Source of the DNA: Actinomycetota bacterium
Lineage (GTDB): Bacteria; Actinomycetota; Coriobacteriia; Anaerosomatales; SLCP01
NCBI GenBank assembly: GCA_037446725.1
Contig: JBBIIC010000005.1
Span: 5,886-69,885 of the forward strand
DNA: 64,000 nucleotides
Direction of reading: 5' to 3'
Positions 54,666 to 63,514 of the stretch are shown one piece after another. Within the stretch, counting starts at the first letter, position 1, and each line of letters begins with the position of its first letter. A program made the translations under genes and the position numbers. The notes under the pieces are model-generated. The model was not told where the DNA came from and ran no database searches. It saw only the letters and a program-made list of their open reading frames with translations.

Positions 54666-55169
54666 GTGAGTGAGACGATCGACGTAAGCCAGGACGACAA
54701 GCCCAAGAAACTCGCAATGGTAGTCATGAGCGGCGACATGGACAAGCTCTTCGGCGCGTTCATCATCGCTACAGGCGCCGCTGCGATGGGGATGCGGGTG
54801 ACGATGTTTTTCACCTTCTGGGGACTGCGCGCCATCAAGAAGAACGTGCGTACCGGCAAGACGCTCTTTGGCCGGATGCTCGGCGCCATGTACGGCGGTG
54901 ACATCACCAAGTCGAATCCGAGCAAGTTCAGTTTCGGGGGCATGGGCCGATGGATGTTCGGCAAGATGATGGGAGCACACAACGTCGCCAAGCTCGTCGA
55001 GCTCCGCGATCTCGCCGTCGACCTCGGCGTGGACCTCTACGGGTGCCAGATGTCGATGGACGTGATGGAGATACCGGCCGACGCGTTCATCGACGGGGTC
55101 AAGGACCCGGTAGGCGTCGGGTTCTTCCTCGCCGAAGCGCAAGAAGCCGACATACAGCTATTCATCTAG
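54666..55169 (+). CDS. DsrE/DsrF/DsrH-like family sulfur-relay protein
   Basis: GTG 54666 has GAGGAGG 9 nt upstream. 167 aa. KLAMVVMSGDMDKLFGAFIIATGAAAMGMRVTMFFTFWGL and the conserved Cys context LYGCQMSMDVM. Confidence 0.85.
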   Translation: MSETIDVSQDDKPKKLAMVVMSGDMDKLFGAFIIATGAAAMGMRVTMFFTFWGLRAIKKNVRTGKTLFGRMLGAMYGGDITKSNPSKFSFGGMGRWMFGKMMGAHNVAKLVELRDLAVDLGVDLYGCQMSMDVMEIPADAFIDGVKDPVGVGFFLAEAQEADIQLFI

Positions 55170-55239
55170 GGACGACTACGGCCCCCCTTCCTACGTGGAC
55201 CCGCCGCGCGCCTGACGCGGCTGACGAAAGGAGATGCTC

Positions 55240-55482
55240 GTGTCCGAGGACATCAAGGTCGACCTGGATCTCGATCTGAAAGGCCTGCTCTGCCCGATGC
55301 CGATGGTCAAGGTCAGTCAGCGGATCGGCGACGTGCCGGTCGGCGGAGTCATCCGCGCGGTCGCTACCGACCCGGGAGCGATGGCCGACATCCCCGCGTG
55401 GGCCAAGAGCACCGGCAACGAGGTCCTCTCCGCCGGCAAAGAGGGCGGCGAGTACGTCTTCCTGGTCAAGCGGGTCAAGTAG
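55240..55482 (+). CDS. tusA: TusA/SirA-family sulfur carrier protein
   Basis: GTG 55240 lies 6 nt after AAAGGAG; the ATG 55234 in the track abuts the SD. 80 aa. Active-site motif GLLCPMPMVK. Confidence 0.88.
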   Translation: MSEDIKVDLDLDLKGLLCPMPMVKVSQRIGDVPVGGVIRAVATDPGAMADIPAWAKSTGNEVLSAGKEGGEYVFLVKRVK

Positions 55483-55512
55483 CCGGCCCTCGCCGACGAA
55501 GAAGGGCTGACG

Positions 55513-56232
55513 ATGGAGACCTATCTGTACCTCACTTCAGTGATCGGGGTGTATATCGGCATCGGCGTGTTCGTCGGAGGGATGGCGTGGCGCATCTATC
55601 AGTGGTCGACCACGCCCAAGTCGGCGGTCAAGTTGGGCCTGTTCCCCAAGCCCGCGACGGCAACCGGCCGCGGCGTCAAGATGCTCAAGGACACCTTCCT
55701 CGCGCCCCACTCGGCGCGCATCGAGCCGTTGATGTGGGTCTTCGCGTTCGCGTTCCACGTTGCGGCGCTGGCGGCGTTCGTAGGCCACGGCCGACTCGTC
55801 ATCGAGTACACGCCGCTCGTGCAGCTGCTCGGATCCGACGGCATGAAGACGTTCGCCGCATGGTCGGGCGGTACCGCAGGCATCGTGATGATGGTCGCCG
55901 TGCTGTTCTGGATCGCGCGCCGGACGTACGGACCGTTCAAGCAACTCTCGGTACCCGAGGACTACTTCCTGCTCTTCTTGCTCCTCGGCATCATCGTGAT
56001 GGGTAACCACATGCGATTCCTCGGCCACGTGTCCGCCGAGACGTACCGCGAGTGGTTCCAGAGTCTCCTCGTGTTCCGTCCGGTCATCCCCGCCGAGATA
56101 TCCCGCTCCAACGTGGGGTGGTCGCTCGGGACGCACATGCTCTTCGTCAACGTGCTCTTCGTCTACTTCCCGTTCAGCAAGCTCGTCCACACGATCGGCG
56201 CGTTCTCGGCCAACCTGGTGAGGAGTGAGTAG
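55513..56232 (+). CDS. NarI/DsrM/HdrE-like di-heme cytochrome b membrane subunit
   Basis: 239 aa, about 5 TM. His pairs show NarI spacing: FHVAALAAFVGH (i, i+10) and THMLFVNVLFVYFPFSKLVH (i, i+18). Confidence 0.8.
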   Translation: METYLYLTSVIGVYIGIGVFVGGMAWRIYQWSTTPKSAVKLGLFPKPATATGRGVKMLKDTFLAPHSARIEPLMWVFAFAFHVAALAAFVGHGRLVIEYTPLVQLLGSDGMKTFAAWSGGTAGIVMMVAVLFWIARRTYGPFKQLSVPEDYFLLFLLLGIIVMGNHMRFLGHVSAETYREWFQSLLVFRPVIPAEISRSNVGWSLGTHMLFVNVLFVYFPFSKLVHTIGAFSANLVRSE

Positions 56233-56233
56233 C

Positions 56234-57529
56234 GTGGAGACGCAGGCAATCAACACCCTCACCGGCGTGCTCGACAAGAAGATGACGCGTCAGCTCAAGC
56301 AGTACCTCGACATCTGCGCGCGCTGCGCCATCTGCAAGGACGCATGTCACCAGTACGTCGCGACCGGGGACTTCACGTATCTCCCCGCCCGCCGCGCCGA
56401 GCTCATCCGGCAGATCTACAAGAAGTACTTCACCAAGACCGGCGAGTTCGTGCCCGCCCTCTACGAGGCGCGTGACCCCGACGAGAATCTGCTCGACGAG
56501 TTGTACGCATCGACCTACGCGTGCACCGGATGCCGCCGGTGCATGTACTACTGCCCCTTCTCAATCGACACCGCATGGATCCTGTCTGCGGCCAAGGCGA
56601 TGCTCATCGCCGCGGGCAAGGGCAACGAGATGCTCGGCCAGCTCGCCGACGCGGCGCTCATGAAGAGCGAGCACTTCGAGATGTTCAAGGACGTGATCAT
56701 CGACGGCTTCAAGGACGTCGAGGGCAAGCTCCAGGCGATGACGCGCGACCCGTCGGCCGAGATACCCGTCGACAAGGGTGGTGCCGACGTACTGTACGTC
56801 GCGCTCGCCGGTGCGCACTCGATCCTGCCCGCCGCGGCCATCTTCCACGAGGCCGGCACGAACTGGACGCTCTCGATGTTCGAGTCGGCCAACTACGGTT
56901 ACTTCTTCGGCGATGCGGAGAAGGCGCGCCGGATCGCCGACCGATTCATGGATGAAGCGAAGCGTCTCGGCGTGAAAGAGGTCGTGATCACCGAGTGCGG
57001 GCACGCCTACCGCGTGGCGCAGTTCTTCCACGAAGCCTGGAGCGGTGAGAAGCACCCCTTCAAGGTACGCCACATCCTTGAGGTCATCGACGAGTACATC
57101 AGAGACGGCCGCATCACCGTGCGCCCCGGCGTGATCACCGAGCCGATCACCTACCACGACCCCTGTCAGGTGGGGCGCAACGGCGGGATCTTCGAACAGC
57201 CGCGCGACATCGTGCGTGCGGTGGCGTCCGACTTCCGGGACATGACTCCCAACCGTGAGGAACAGTGGTGCTGCGGCGGAGGCGGCGGGCTTGTCGCGAT
57301 CGCCGAGATGGAGGAGTTCCGCCTCAAGAGCGGCGCGAAGAAGCTCGAGCAGATCAAAGCCACCGGGGCACGCATCATCGCAAGCCCGTGCGAGAACTGC
57401 CGCCTGCAGATGGAAGGGCTCAACGACCAGCTCGACCTGGGCCTCACCGTCAAGCCCGTCATGGACCTCGTGCTGGACGCGATGGGCCTCCCCGGGTGGC
57501 CTGTCGCCAAGGAGGTCGACCATGACTGA
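56234..57529 (+). CDS. DsrK/HdrD-like iron-sulfur subunit (2x [4Fe-4S] ferredoxin motifs + CCG domains)
   Basis: GTG 56234 lies 8 nt after GAGGAG; GTG 56225 is an alternative. CARCAICKDACH and CTGCRRCMYYCP motifs. C-terminal DPCQVGR ... WCCGGGGG ... PCENC (CCG domain). Confidence 0.83.
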   Translation: METQAINTLTGVLDKKMTRQLKQYLDICARCAICKDACHQYVATGDFTYLPARRAELIRQIYKKYFTKTGEFVPALYEARDPDENLLDELYASTYACTGCRRCMYYCPFSIDTAWILSAAKAMLIAAGKGNEMLGQLADAALMKSEHFEMFKDVIIDGFKDVEGKLQAMTRDPSAEIPVDKGGADVLYVALAGAHSILPAAAIFHEAGTNWTLSMFESANYGYFFGDAEKARRIADRFMDEAKRLGVKEVVITECGHAYRVAQFFHEAWSGEKHPFKVRHILEVIDEYIRDGRITVRPGVITEPITYHDPCQVGRNGGIFEQPRDIVRAVASDFRDMTPNREEQWCCGGGGGLVAIAEMEEFRLKSGAKKLEQIKATGARIIASPCENCRLQMEGLNDQLDLGLTVKPVMDLVLDAMGLPGWPVAKEVDHD

Positions 57530-58364
57530 TCAGCGCATCCCGCGTGCGGAGTTCGGCATATGCGGAGGCAGCGGCACGCTCTCCATCGGCACGGCCGGGT
57601 CGCTCGCCGACGAGCGGGTGACGGTACTCACCGATGGCCTCGTCTTCGACACCCCGTTCGGCCGCTCCCCCGCGTTCACCCACATCCGCGTGGACGGCCC
57701 CCACGGACCGCGCGAGGCGCTCAGCGTACGGATGCACGGCTGGAGGCGCGGCGTGAAGCGCGCGGATGCGAGCCTGCAGGTCTTCTGGGTCTTCCACGAG
57801 GCGGGCGTGCGCAAGGTCGTCGCTGACGGCGGGGTGGGCAGCCTCAATCACCTCCTCGACCCCCGCGACGTGGTGATCCCGAGCGACTTCATCGACCTCA
57901 CCATGAAGCAGGACATCTACGTGCGCGGCGACCACCTGCTCATCATGCGCCAGCCGATCTGTCCCGACCTCGCGGCTCACCTGCACGCGGCTGCGAGCGT
58001 TCCGTTCGCGCGCGTCTACCGGCGCGGCACCTATCTCGTCACCGACGGTCCGCGCTTCGAGAGTGTGGCCGAGGTCGACTACATGAAGCGGCTCGGCGGG
58101 GACGTCATCGGCCAGTCGCTCTCGCCCGAAGTCTTCCTCGCCCGCGACATCGGTGCATGCTTCGCGGGCATCTACATCGTCGTGAACTACGGCGAAGGCG
58201 TCGTCCGGGAGTGGGAACACTCCGAGCTCAAGGCGGTCTTCTTCGAGGAGTCGGAGACCATCGCCCGCTGCGTGATCGACACCGTGAGCGCGGCCGACCT
58301 CGACGCCGGCTGCGACTGCATGGACCTGCGCAAGCCGAGCCTCCTCGACCTGCCGGAGGCGTAG
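57522..58364 (+). CDS. MTAP-family purine nucleoside phosphorylase (methylthioadenosine/methylthioinosine phosphorylase-like)
   Basis: ATG 57522 (AAGGAGG upstream) overlaps the preceding stop (ATGACTGA). 280 aa. FGICGGSGT...TPFG..., VTDGPRFES and VIGQSLSPEV segments are typical of MTAP-type PNPs. Confidence 0.83.
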   Translation: MTDQRIPRAEFGICGGSGTLSIGTAGSLADERVTVLTDGLVFDTPFGRSPAFTHIRVDGPHGPREALSVRMHGWRRGVKRADASLQVFWVFHEAGVRKVVADGGVGSLNHLLDPRDVVIPSDFIDLTMKQDIYVRGDHLLIMRQPICPDLAAHLHAAASVPFARVYRRGTYLVTDGPRFESVAEVDYMKRLGGDVIGQSLSPEVFLARDIGACFAGIYIVVNYGEGVVREWEHSELKAVFFEESETIARCVIDTVSAADLDAGCDCMDLRKPSLLDLPEA

Positions 58365-58367
58365 CAG

Positions 58368-59672
58368 GTGCTCGTCCACGCCGAGTGGGTGCTGCCGATC
58401 GCAGGCCCGCCCCTGCGCGACGGCGCCGTCCTCGTGCGGGGCGACCGCGTCGCCGAGGTGGGCTCGCTCGACGCGCTCGCAGCCGCGCACCCGGAAGAAC
58501 CCGTCGAGCGCCACGACGGCTGCGTGCTGCTCCCTGGCCTGGTCAACGCGCACACGCACCTCGCGCTCACCGTGCTCGGCGGGCTCGTGCCTTCGGTGTC
58601 GTTCGGCGAGTGGCTGCATCGGTTGGTGCGCGCGATGCGTGTGCTCACGCCCGATGATCTCGAGGCGTCGGTCGCGCTCGGCGCGAGGCGGTGCCTCGAG
58701 GCGGGCGTGACGGTGATAGGCGAGATCGCGTACGGCGCGGCCTCGATGGACATCGCGCGTCGCGCCGGCCTGGGCGGCACCTTCTTCTGGGAGGTGCTGG
58801 GCATCGGTGCGGCCGACCTCGAGAGCGCGCTCCGCGACGACGGCTACCCGCAAAGCGCCCGGGGCGATCGGGACGCACGCGTGCGTGCCGGGATCTCGCC
58901 GCACTCCCCCTACACCTCGGGACCGGCGCTGCTGCGCGCCGCGCACGACCGGGCACGACGGGAGGACGCGCCGTTCGCCATCCACGTCGCCGAGTCCCAC
59001 GCGGAGGCCGAGCTCTTCGAGAGCGGCGGCGGAGCGCTCGCCCCGACCGCGGGACGTCTCGCGACAGGTCTCACACCGGGCTCGGGCGCCACGCCCGTTT
59101 CCTACCTCGACGACCTCGGCGTGCTCGACGGCGCTATCGCGGTCCACTGCGTGCAGCTAGGCGGGGACGACATCGCGCGGCTCGCGGAGCGTTCGACCGG
59201 GGTCGTGCTCTGCCCGCGCTCCAACGCCTACCTTCTCGAGGGACCCGCGCCCGTCGCGGCGCTCGAAGCGTCCGGGACCCGTCTTGCGCTCGGAACCGAC
59301 TCGTCGGCGAGCAACCTCGATCTTGACCTGCTCGACGAGGCGCGCGCCGTGCGCGTGATCGCGCCGCATCTGGCGGCGGAACGCGTCGTCCGGATGATCA
59401 CCGCCGATGGGGCGCGAGTGCTCGGCCTCGGCGAGGCGTTCGGCGTGCTGGCGCCCGGCTACCAGGCCGACCTGGCCGTGTTCCGGTGCGCCGCCGCCGA
59501 AGCCGACCCGTACGAGGCGCTCGTGGGCTGTGCGGGCAGGCCCTCCCTCGAGCGCGTGCTCTCGGCCGGCGAGTGGCGGGTGCGTGACGGGCGCGCGCTG
59601 GCGCCGCCCGATGCAGGACTCGATGACGTGCTGGCCCACGCCCGTGAACGCGCGCGGACCGCGCTCGGCTGA
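58368..59672 (+). CDS. Amidohydrolase-superfamily nucleoside deaminase (MTA/SAH/5'-deoxyadenosine or aminofutalosine deaminase-like)
   Basis: GTG 58368 lies 3 nt after the upstream stop, with GGAGG upstream. 434 aa. LLPGLVNAHTHLAL (HxH metal motif), IHVAES and LGTDS motifs. Confidence 0.83.
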   Translation: MLVHAEWVLPIAGPPLRDGAVLVRGDRVAEVGSLDALAAAHPEEPVERHDGCVLLPGLVNAHTHLALTVLGGLVPSVSFGEWLHRLVRAMRVLTPDDLEASVALGARRCLEAGVTVIGEIAYGAASMDIARRAGLGGTFFWEVLGIGAADLESALRDDGYPQSARGDRDARVRAGISPHSPYTSGPALLRAAHDRARREDAPFAIHVAESHAEAELFESGGGALAPTAGRLATGLTPGSGATPVSYLDDLGVLDGAIAVHCVQLGGDDIARLAERSTGVVLCPRSNAYLLEGPAPVAALEASGTRLALGTDSSASNLDLDLLDEARAVRVIAPHLAAERVVRMITADGARVLGLGEAFGVLAPGYQADLAVFRCAAAEADPYEALVGCAGRPSLERVLSAGEWRVRDGRALAPPDAGLDDVLAHARERARTALG

Positions 59673-59697
59673 CGCGCCGCCTGTCGCCGCGATGAAT

Positions 59698-59728
59698 GTG
59701 GCCCGGCTCGCGATGCGAACCGGGCCAC
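59698..59728. terminator. 9-bp stem-loop between convergent genes (bidirectional terminator candidate)
   Basis: GTGGCCCGG-13 nt-CCGGGCCAC, between the amidohydrolase stop (59672) and the livF stop (59759). Confidence 0.4.
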
Positions 59729-59758
59729 GGCCGTGACGATGTCGATCCGCTCGACTCG

Positions 59759-60466
59759 CTAGATCTCGCCGAGGTAGGTCTTGCGCACCTTCTCGTTGCC
59801 GAGTAGTTCCTGGCCGGTGCCTTCGAGGGCGACCGTACCGGTCTCAAGCACGTAGCCGCGGTGCGCCACCTGCAGCGCCATCGCCGCGTTCTGCTCGACG
59901 AGCAGGATCGTCGTGCCATGCTCGTTGAGCGTCTTGATGGTTGCGAAGATCACTTCCACGATGACCGGCGCGAGGCCCATCGACGGCTCGTCGAGCATGA
60001 GCAGCTTCGGGCTTGCCATCATGCCGCGGGCGATCGCGAGCATCTGCTGCTCCCCGCCGGAGAGCGTCCCGCCCTTCTGCGCCAGGCGCTCGCGCAGCCG
60101 GGGGAAGAGCTCGAGGACGCGCTCCATATCGGCGGCGACACCCTCGGGATCGGTGCGCAGGAACGCGCCCATCTCGAGGTTCTCGCGGACCGACATGCGC
60201 GGGAAGATGCGCCGCCCCTCGGGCACCTGGATGACGCCCTTTGCGGTCACGAGGTGCGCGGGCGCACCGGCGATCTGCTCGCCGAGGAACTCGATAGATC
60301 CGTGTCGCGGCGCGACCTGACCGGAGATGGTCTTGAGCGTCGTCGACTTGCCGGCGCCGTTGGCCCCGATGAGCGTGACGATCTCGCCCTCGTGCACCTC
60401 GATGCTGATGCCCTTGAGCGCCTCGATCTTGCCGTAGAAGGTATGAAGGTCGTTGACTTTCAGCAC
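59759..60466 (-). CDS. livF: Branched-chain amino acid ABC transporter ATP-binding protein LivF
   Basis: 235 aa. Walker A GANGAGKST, signature LSGGEQQML, Walker B LLMLDEPS. Confidence 0.93.
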   Translation of the reverse strand: MLKVNDLHTFYGKIEALKGISIEVHEGEIVTLIGANGAGKSTTLKTISGQVAPRHGSIEFLGEQIAGAPAHLVTAKGVIQVPEGRRIFPRMSVRENLEMGAFLRTDPEGVAADMERVLELFPRLRERLAQKGGTLSGGEQQMLAIARGMMASPKLLMLDEPSMGLAPVIVEVIFATIKTLNEHGTTILLVEQNAAMALQVAHRGYVLETGTVALEGTGQELLGNEKVRKTYLGEI

Positions 60467-60478
60467 TGCGGTGCCCTC

Positions 60479-61261
60479 CTAGCCCTCGGCCATGAGCGCC
60501 TCGGCGCCGCTGCCCAGGTACGCCTCGATGACCTTGGGGTCGCGCTGGATCTCCTCGGGCTTGCCCTCGGCGATCTTCTCACCGAAGTCGAGCACGGAGA
60601 CGCGGTCGGCGATGCCCATGACGACCTTCATGTCGTGCTCGATGAGCAGGACGGTGATCCCGGCCTCGCGGATCTTGCCAATGAGCTTCGTCAGCGACGC
60701 CGTCTCCTGCGGGTTCATGCCCGCGGCCGGCTCGTCGAGCAGGATGAGCTTGGGCTCGGTCGCGAGCGCCCGGGCGATCTCGAGCTTGCGCTGCTCACCG
60801 TAGGGCAGGTTCATGGCGAGCTCGTTGGCCTTGCCCTCGAGTCCCACGAACCTCAGCCACTTGCGGGCCTCGTCCACGGTGTGCTCCTCTTCGCGCCTGA
60901 AAGCGCGCGTGCCGAGCACTGACATGAGCGGCGTGGACCGCGTGCGCGTGTGGCGCGCCACCATGACGTTCTCGAGCGTCGTCATGTTCGCGAACAGCCG
61001 GATGTTCTGGAACGTCCGGGCGACGCCCATCGTACAGATCCTGTGTGCCTTCTTGCCGACGAGCGAGGTGCCGGAGAACTCGATGGTGCCTTCGGTGGGC
61101 CGGTAGATGCCGGTCAGAAGGTTGAACAGCGTGGTCTTTCCCGCGCCGTTCGGCCCGATGAGCGCGACGATCTCGCCTTCTTCGACCCGGAAGTCCACGT
61201 TCGAGAGGGCCTTGAGGCCTCCGAACTGCATCGTCACGTTGTTGACTTCTAGCATTGCCAT
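60479..61261 (-). CDS. livG: Branched-chain amino acid ABC transporter ATP-binding protein LivG
   Basis: 260 aa. Walker A GPNGAGKTT, LPYGEQRKLEIARAL, LILLDEPAAG. Confidence 0.93.
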   Translation of the reverse strand: MAMLEVNNVTMQFGGLKALSNVDFRVEEGEIVALIGPNGAGKTTLFNLLTGIYRPTEGTIEFSGTSLVGKKAHRICTMGVARTFQNIRLFANMTTLENVMVARHTRTRSTPLMSVLGTRAFRREEEHTVDEARKWLRFVGLEGKANELAMNLPYGEQRKLEIARALATEPKLILLDEPAAGMNPQETASLTKLIGKIREAGITVLLIEHDMKVVMGIADRVSVLDFGEKIAEGKPEEIQRDPKVIEAYLGSGAEALMAEG

Positions 61262-61287
61262 GTCGCGTCAGCGCCTTTCGTCCGCGC

Positions 61288-62505
61288 CTAGATGATGTCG
61301 CTGTCCGAGTCGTGCTTGTGCTCGGCCTCCCACAGCTGCTGGTTCTCCTGTGCGAGAACTGTCTCGTCGACGGGCTGCAGCTCGCGGGCACGGCGCTTGG
61401 ACGGCAGGAAGCCCTGCGGCCGGAGCGCCATCATCACCACCATGAGACCGCCGAAGATCAGGAACCGGTAGTCGCCGACCGCCGCCGCCTGCTCGGGCGT
61501 GAGGAGCCCGGAGAGCGCCGGGGACGCCGCGACCGCTCGGATGATCTCCGGTGCGGCGGTGATGATGACCGCACCCAGGATGACGCCGGGTATCGAGCCC
61601 ATGCCGCCGAGCACGACCATACAGACGATGAGCACCGACTCCATGAAGTTGAAGGACTCGGGGCTGACGAACCCGACCCAGTACGCGTACGTGTGACCCG
61701 CGATGCCTCCCCACGCCGCGCCGAGCGCGAACGCCCAGAGCTTCGTGCTCAGGATGTTCACGCCGACGGAGGCTGCCGCGACCTCGTCCTCGCGCATTGC
61801 GACCCACGCCCGTCCGAGGCGCGAGTTGTCCAGGCGCGTGATGACGAAGATCGTGAACAGCACGAGCAGAAGGATCACGTAGTACCAGAACAGGTCCTTG
61901 GAGAACATGAAGTTGCCGAAGGACAGGTTCTCGCGCACCCACTGCTGACCGGCGGCGGGCGCGACCGTCTGGCCGACGCCCGGCAGACCGGACGCGCCGT
62001 TGGTAAGCCCGAAGATGTCGTTCGTGATCGCGATGCGTACGATCTCACCGAAGCCAAGGGTGACGATCGCAAGGTAGTCGCCGCGCAACCGCAGCACCGG
62101 CGCACCGATGAAGATGCCGGCGATGACGCCCGGGATGGCTGCGAAGGGCAGCAAGACCCAGTACGACAGGTGCTCCGCGCTCTCACCGAACGCTCCCGAC
62201 CGGGCCAGGATCTCCTGCATGAGGAAGCCCAGGTTCATGCCCGCGTACGCGCCGACCGCGTAGAAGGCCATGTAGCCGAGGTTCAGCAGGCCGGCCGAGC
62301 CGACGATGATGTTCAAGCCCAGCGCCAGCAGCACGTAGATGCCCACGAGCGCGAAGATGCGGACCATGAACGCGTTGCCGGCCGCCTGGAAGAAGACCGG
62401 CATGAACAGCGTGATAGCCGCGAGCGCGAAGAAGAACACGATCCGCCCGACGCGCGTCGAGAAGAAGTCGTTGACCGCCCTGAGTGCGTTCTTGATAGCT
62501 CCCAT
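61288..62505 (-). CDS. livM: Branched-chain amino acid ABC transporter permease LivM
   Basis: 405 aa, polytopic. GSAGLLNLGYMAFYAVGAY motif. Confidence 0.9.
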   Translation of the reverse strand: MGAIKNALRAVNDFFSTRVGRIVFFFALAAITLFMPVFFQAAGNAFMVRIFALVGIYVLLALGLNIIVGSAGLLNLGYMAFYAVGAYAGMNLGFLMQEILARSGAFGESAEHLSYWVLLPFAAIPGVIAGIFIGAPVLRLRGDYLAIVTLGFGEIVRIAITNDIFGLTNGASGLPGVGQTVAPAAGQQWVRENLSFGNFMFSKDLFWYYVILLLVLFTIFVITRLDNSRLGRAWVAMREDEVAAASVGVNILSTKLWAFALGAAWGGIAGHTYAYWVGFVSPESFNFMESVLIVCMVVLGGMGSIPGVILGAVIITAAPEIIRAVAASPALSGLLTPEQAAAVGDYRFLIFGGLMVVMMALRPQGFLPSKRRARELQPVDETVLAQENQQLWEAEHKHDSDSDII

Positions 62506-62507
62506 GG

Positions 62508-63452
62508 CTACACCTTCTCCGCGACGGACTCGCCCAGAAGGCCACCGGGCTTGAAGATCAGGACGATGATGAGAATGACGAACGCGATGACGTCCTTGTA
62601 GCCGGTGCTGATGTAGGCAGCTGCAAGCGACTCGAGCAGACCGAGCAGGAAGCCGCCGAGCATCGCGCCGCGCAGGTTACCGATACCGCCGATGACGGCC
62701 GCGGTGAACGACTTGATACCCGGGATGAAACCCATGTTGTACTTGATGTTGCCGTAGTACATCCCGGAGAAGATACCGGCAGCGGCACCGAGCGCGGGCC
62801 CGATGAAGAAGGTCAGCGCGATGACGCGGTTGATGTCGATTCCCATGAGGCCCGCGGTGTCCCGGTCCTGGGACGTCGCGCGCATCGATTTCCCGAGGCG
62901 GGTCCGGGACACGAAGTTGTCCAGCACCAGCATGAGCAGGATTGTGACGCTGATGATCATGATCTGCATCGACGAGATGCTCGCGCCTCCGATGTTGAAC
63001 GTGCGCACCTCGAAGAGCACTGGGAAGGGCAGCGAGCGCGAGGAGATCCACAGCAGTGCGGCGTTCTGGAGAAAGAGCGAGACGCCGATGGCCGAGATGA
63101 GAGGCGCCAGGCGCGGTGCGTGCCTGAGCGGGCGGTACGCGAACCGTTCGATGACGACACCGAGGATACCGGTCGCCACCATCGCGATCAAGAAGGTGAG
63201 GACGTACAGCAGCAGCAGCGCGGGCCCGCTCGACGTGAAGAACGGGATCTGCGAGAGCCCCTGCAGGGTGAACAGGCCCACGTAGGCGCCGAACATGAAC
63301 ATCTCCGCGTGAGCGAAGTTGATCATGAGCAGGATGCCGTAAACGAGCGTGTACCCCAGTGCGAGGAGGGCGTACATGCCCCCGAGCGTCAGCCCGTTAA
63401 CGAATTGTTGGGCGACGATTCCGAGTTCGACTGACACGAGTGCTCCATCCAT
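62508..63452 (-). CDS. livH: Branched-chain amino acid ABC transporter permease LivH
   Basis: Start moved to ATG 63452. 314 aa. QQFVNGLTLGGMYALLALGYTLVYG motif. Confidence 0.9.
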   Translation of the reverse strand: MDGALVSVELGIVAQQFVNGLTLGGMYALLALGYTLVYGILLMINFAHAEMFMFGAYVGLFTLQGLSQIPFFTSSGPALLLLYVLTFLIAMVATGILGVVIERFAYRPLRHAPRLAPLISAIGVSLFLQNAALLWISSRSLPFPVLFEVRTFNIGGASISSMQIMIISVTILLMLVLDNFVSRTRLGKSMRATSQDRDTAGLMGIDINRVIALTFFIGPALGAAAGIFSGMYYGNIKYNMGFIPGIKSFTAAVIGGIGNLRGAMLGGFLLGLLESLAAAYISTGYKDVIAFVILIIVLIFKPGGLLGESVAEKV

Positions 63453-63514
63453 GGTTCTTGTAGGCGGCAACGCCGGAAACGGCCGCGCCGGGAATCCGGG
63501 CCCCGCGCTCACGC

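Noticed and set aside
53372-54991. 539-aa minus-strand ORF crossing mqnC, the arsR-family gene and the DsrE-like gene. Related ORFs occur at 50888..52183 and 57459..59147.
   Set aside because: They run antisense to plus-strand genes with clear motifs (radical SAM, ArsR HTH, MTAP, amidohydrolase). They cross intergenic promoters without any start-site signal, so I treat them as artefacts.
54666-57529. Reading the DsrE/TusA/DsrM/DsrK-like genes as evidence for dissimilatory sulfate or sulfite reduction
   Set aside because: No dsrAB, dsrC, dsrD, aprAB, sat or qmo genes are in the window. DsrMK/HdrDE-like pairs occur in many non-sulfate-reducers. Only a generic quinone-linked thiol/persulfide redox role can be supported.
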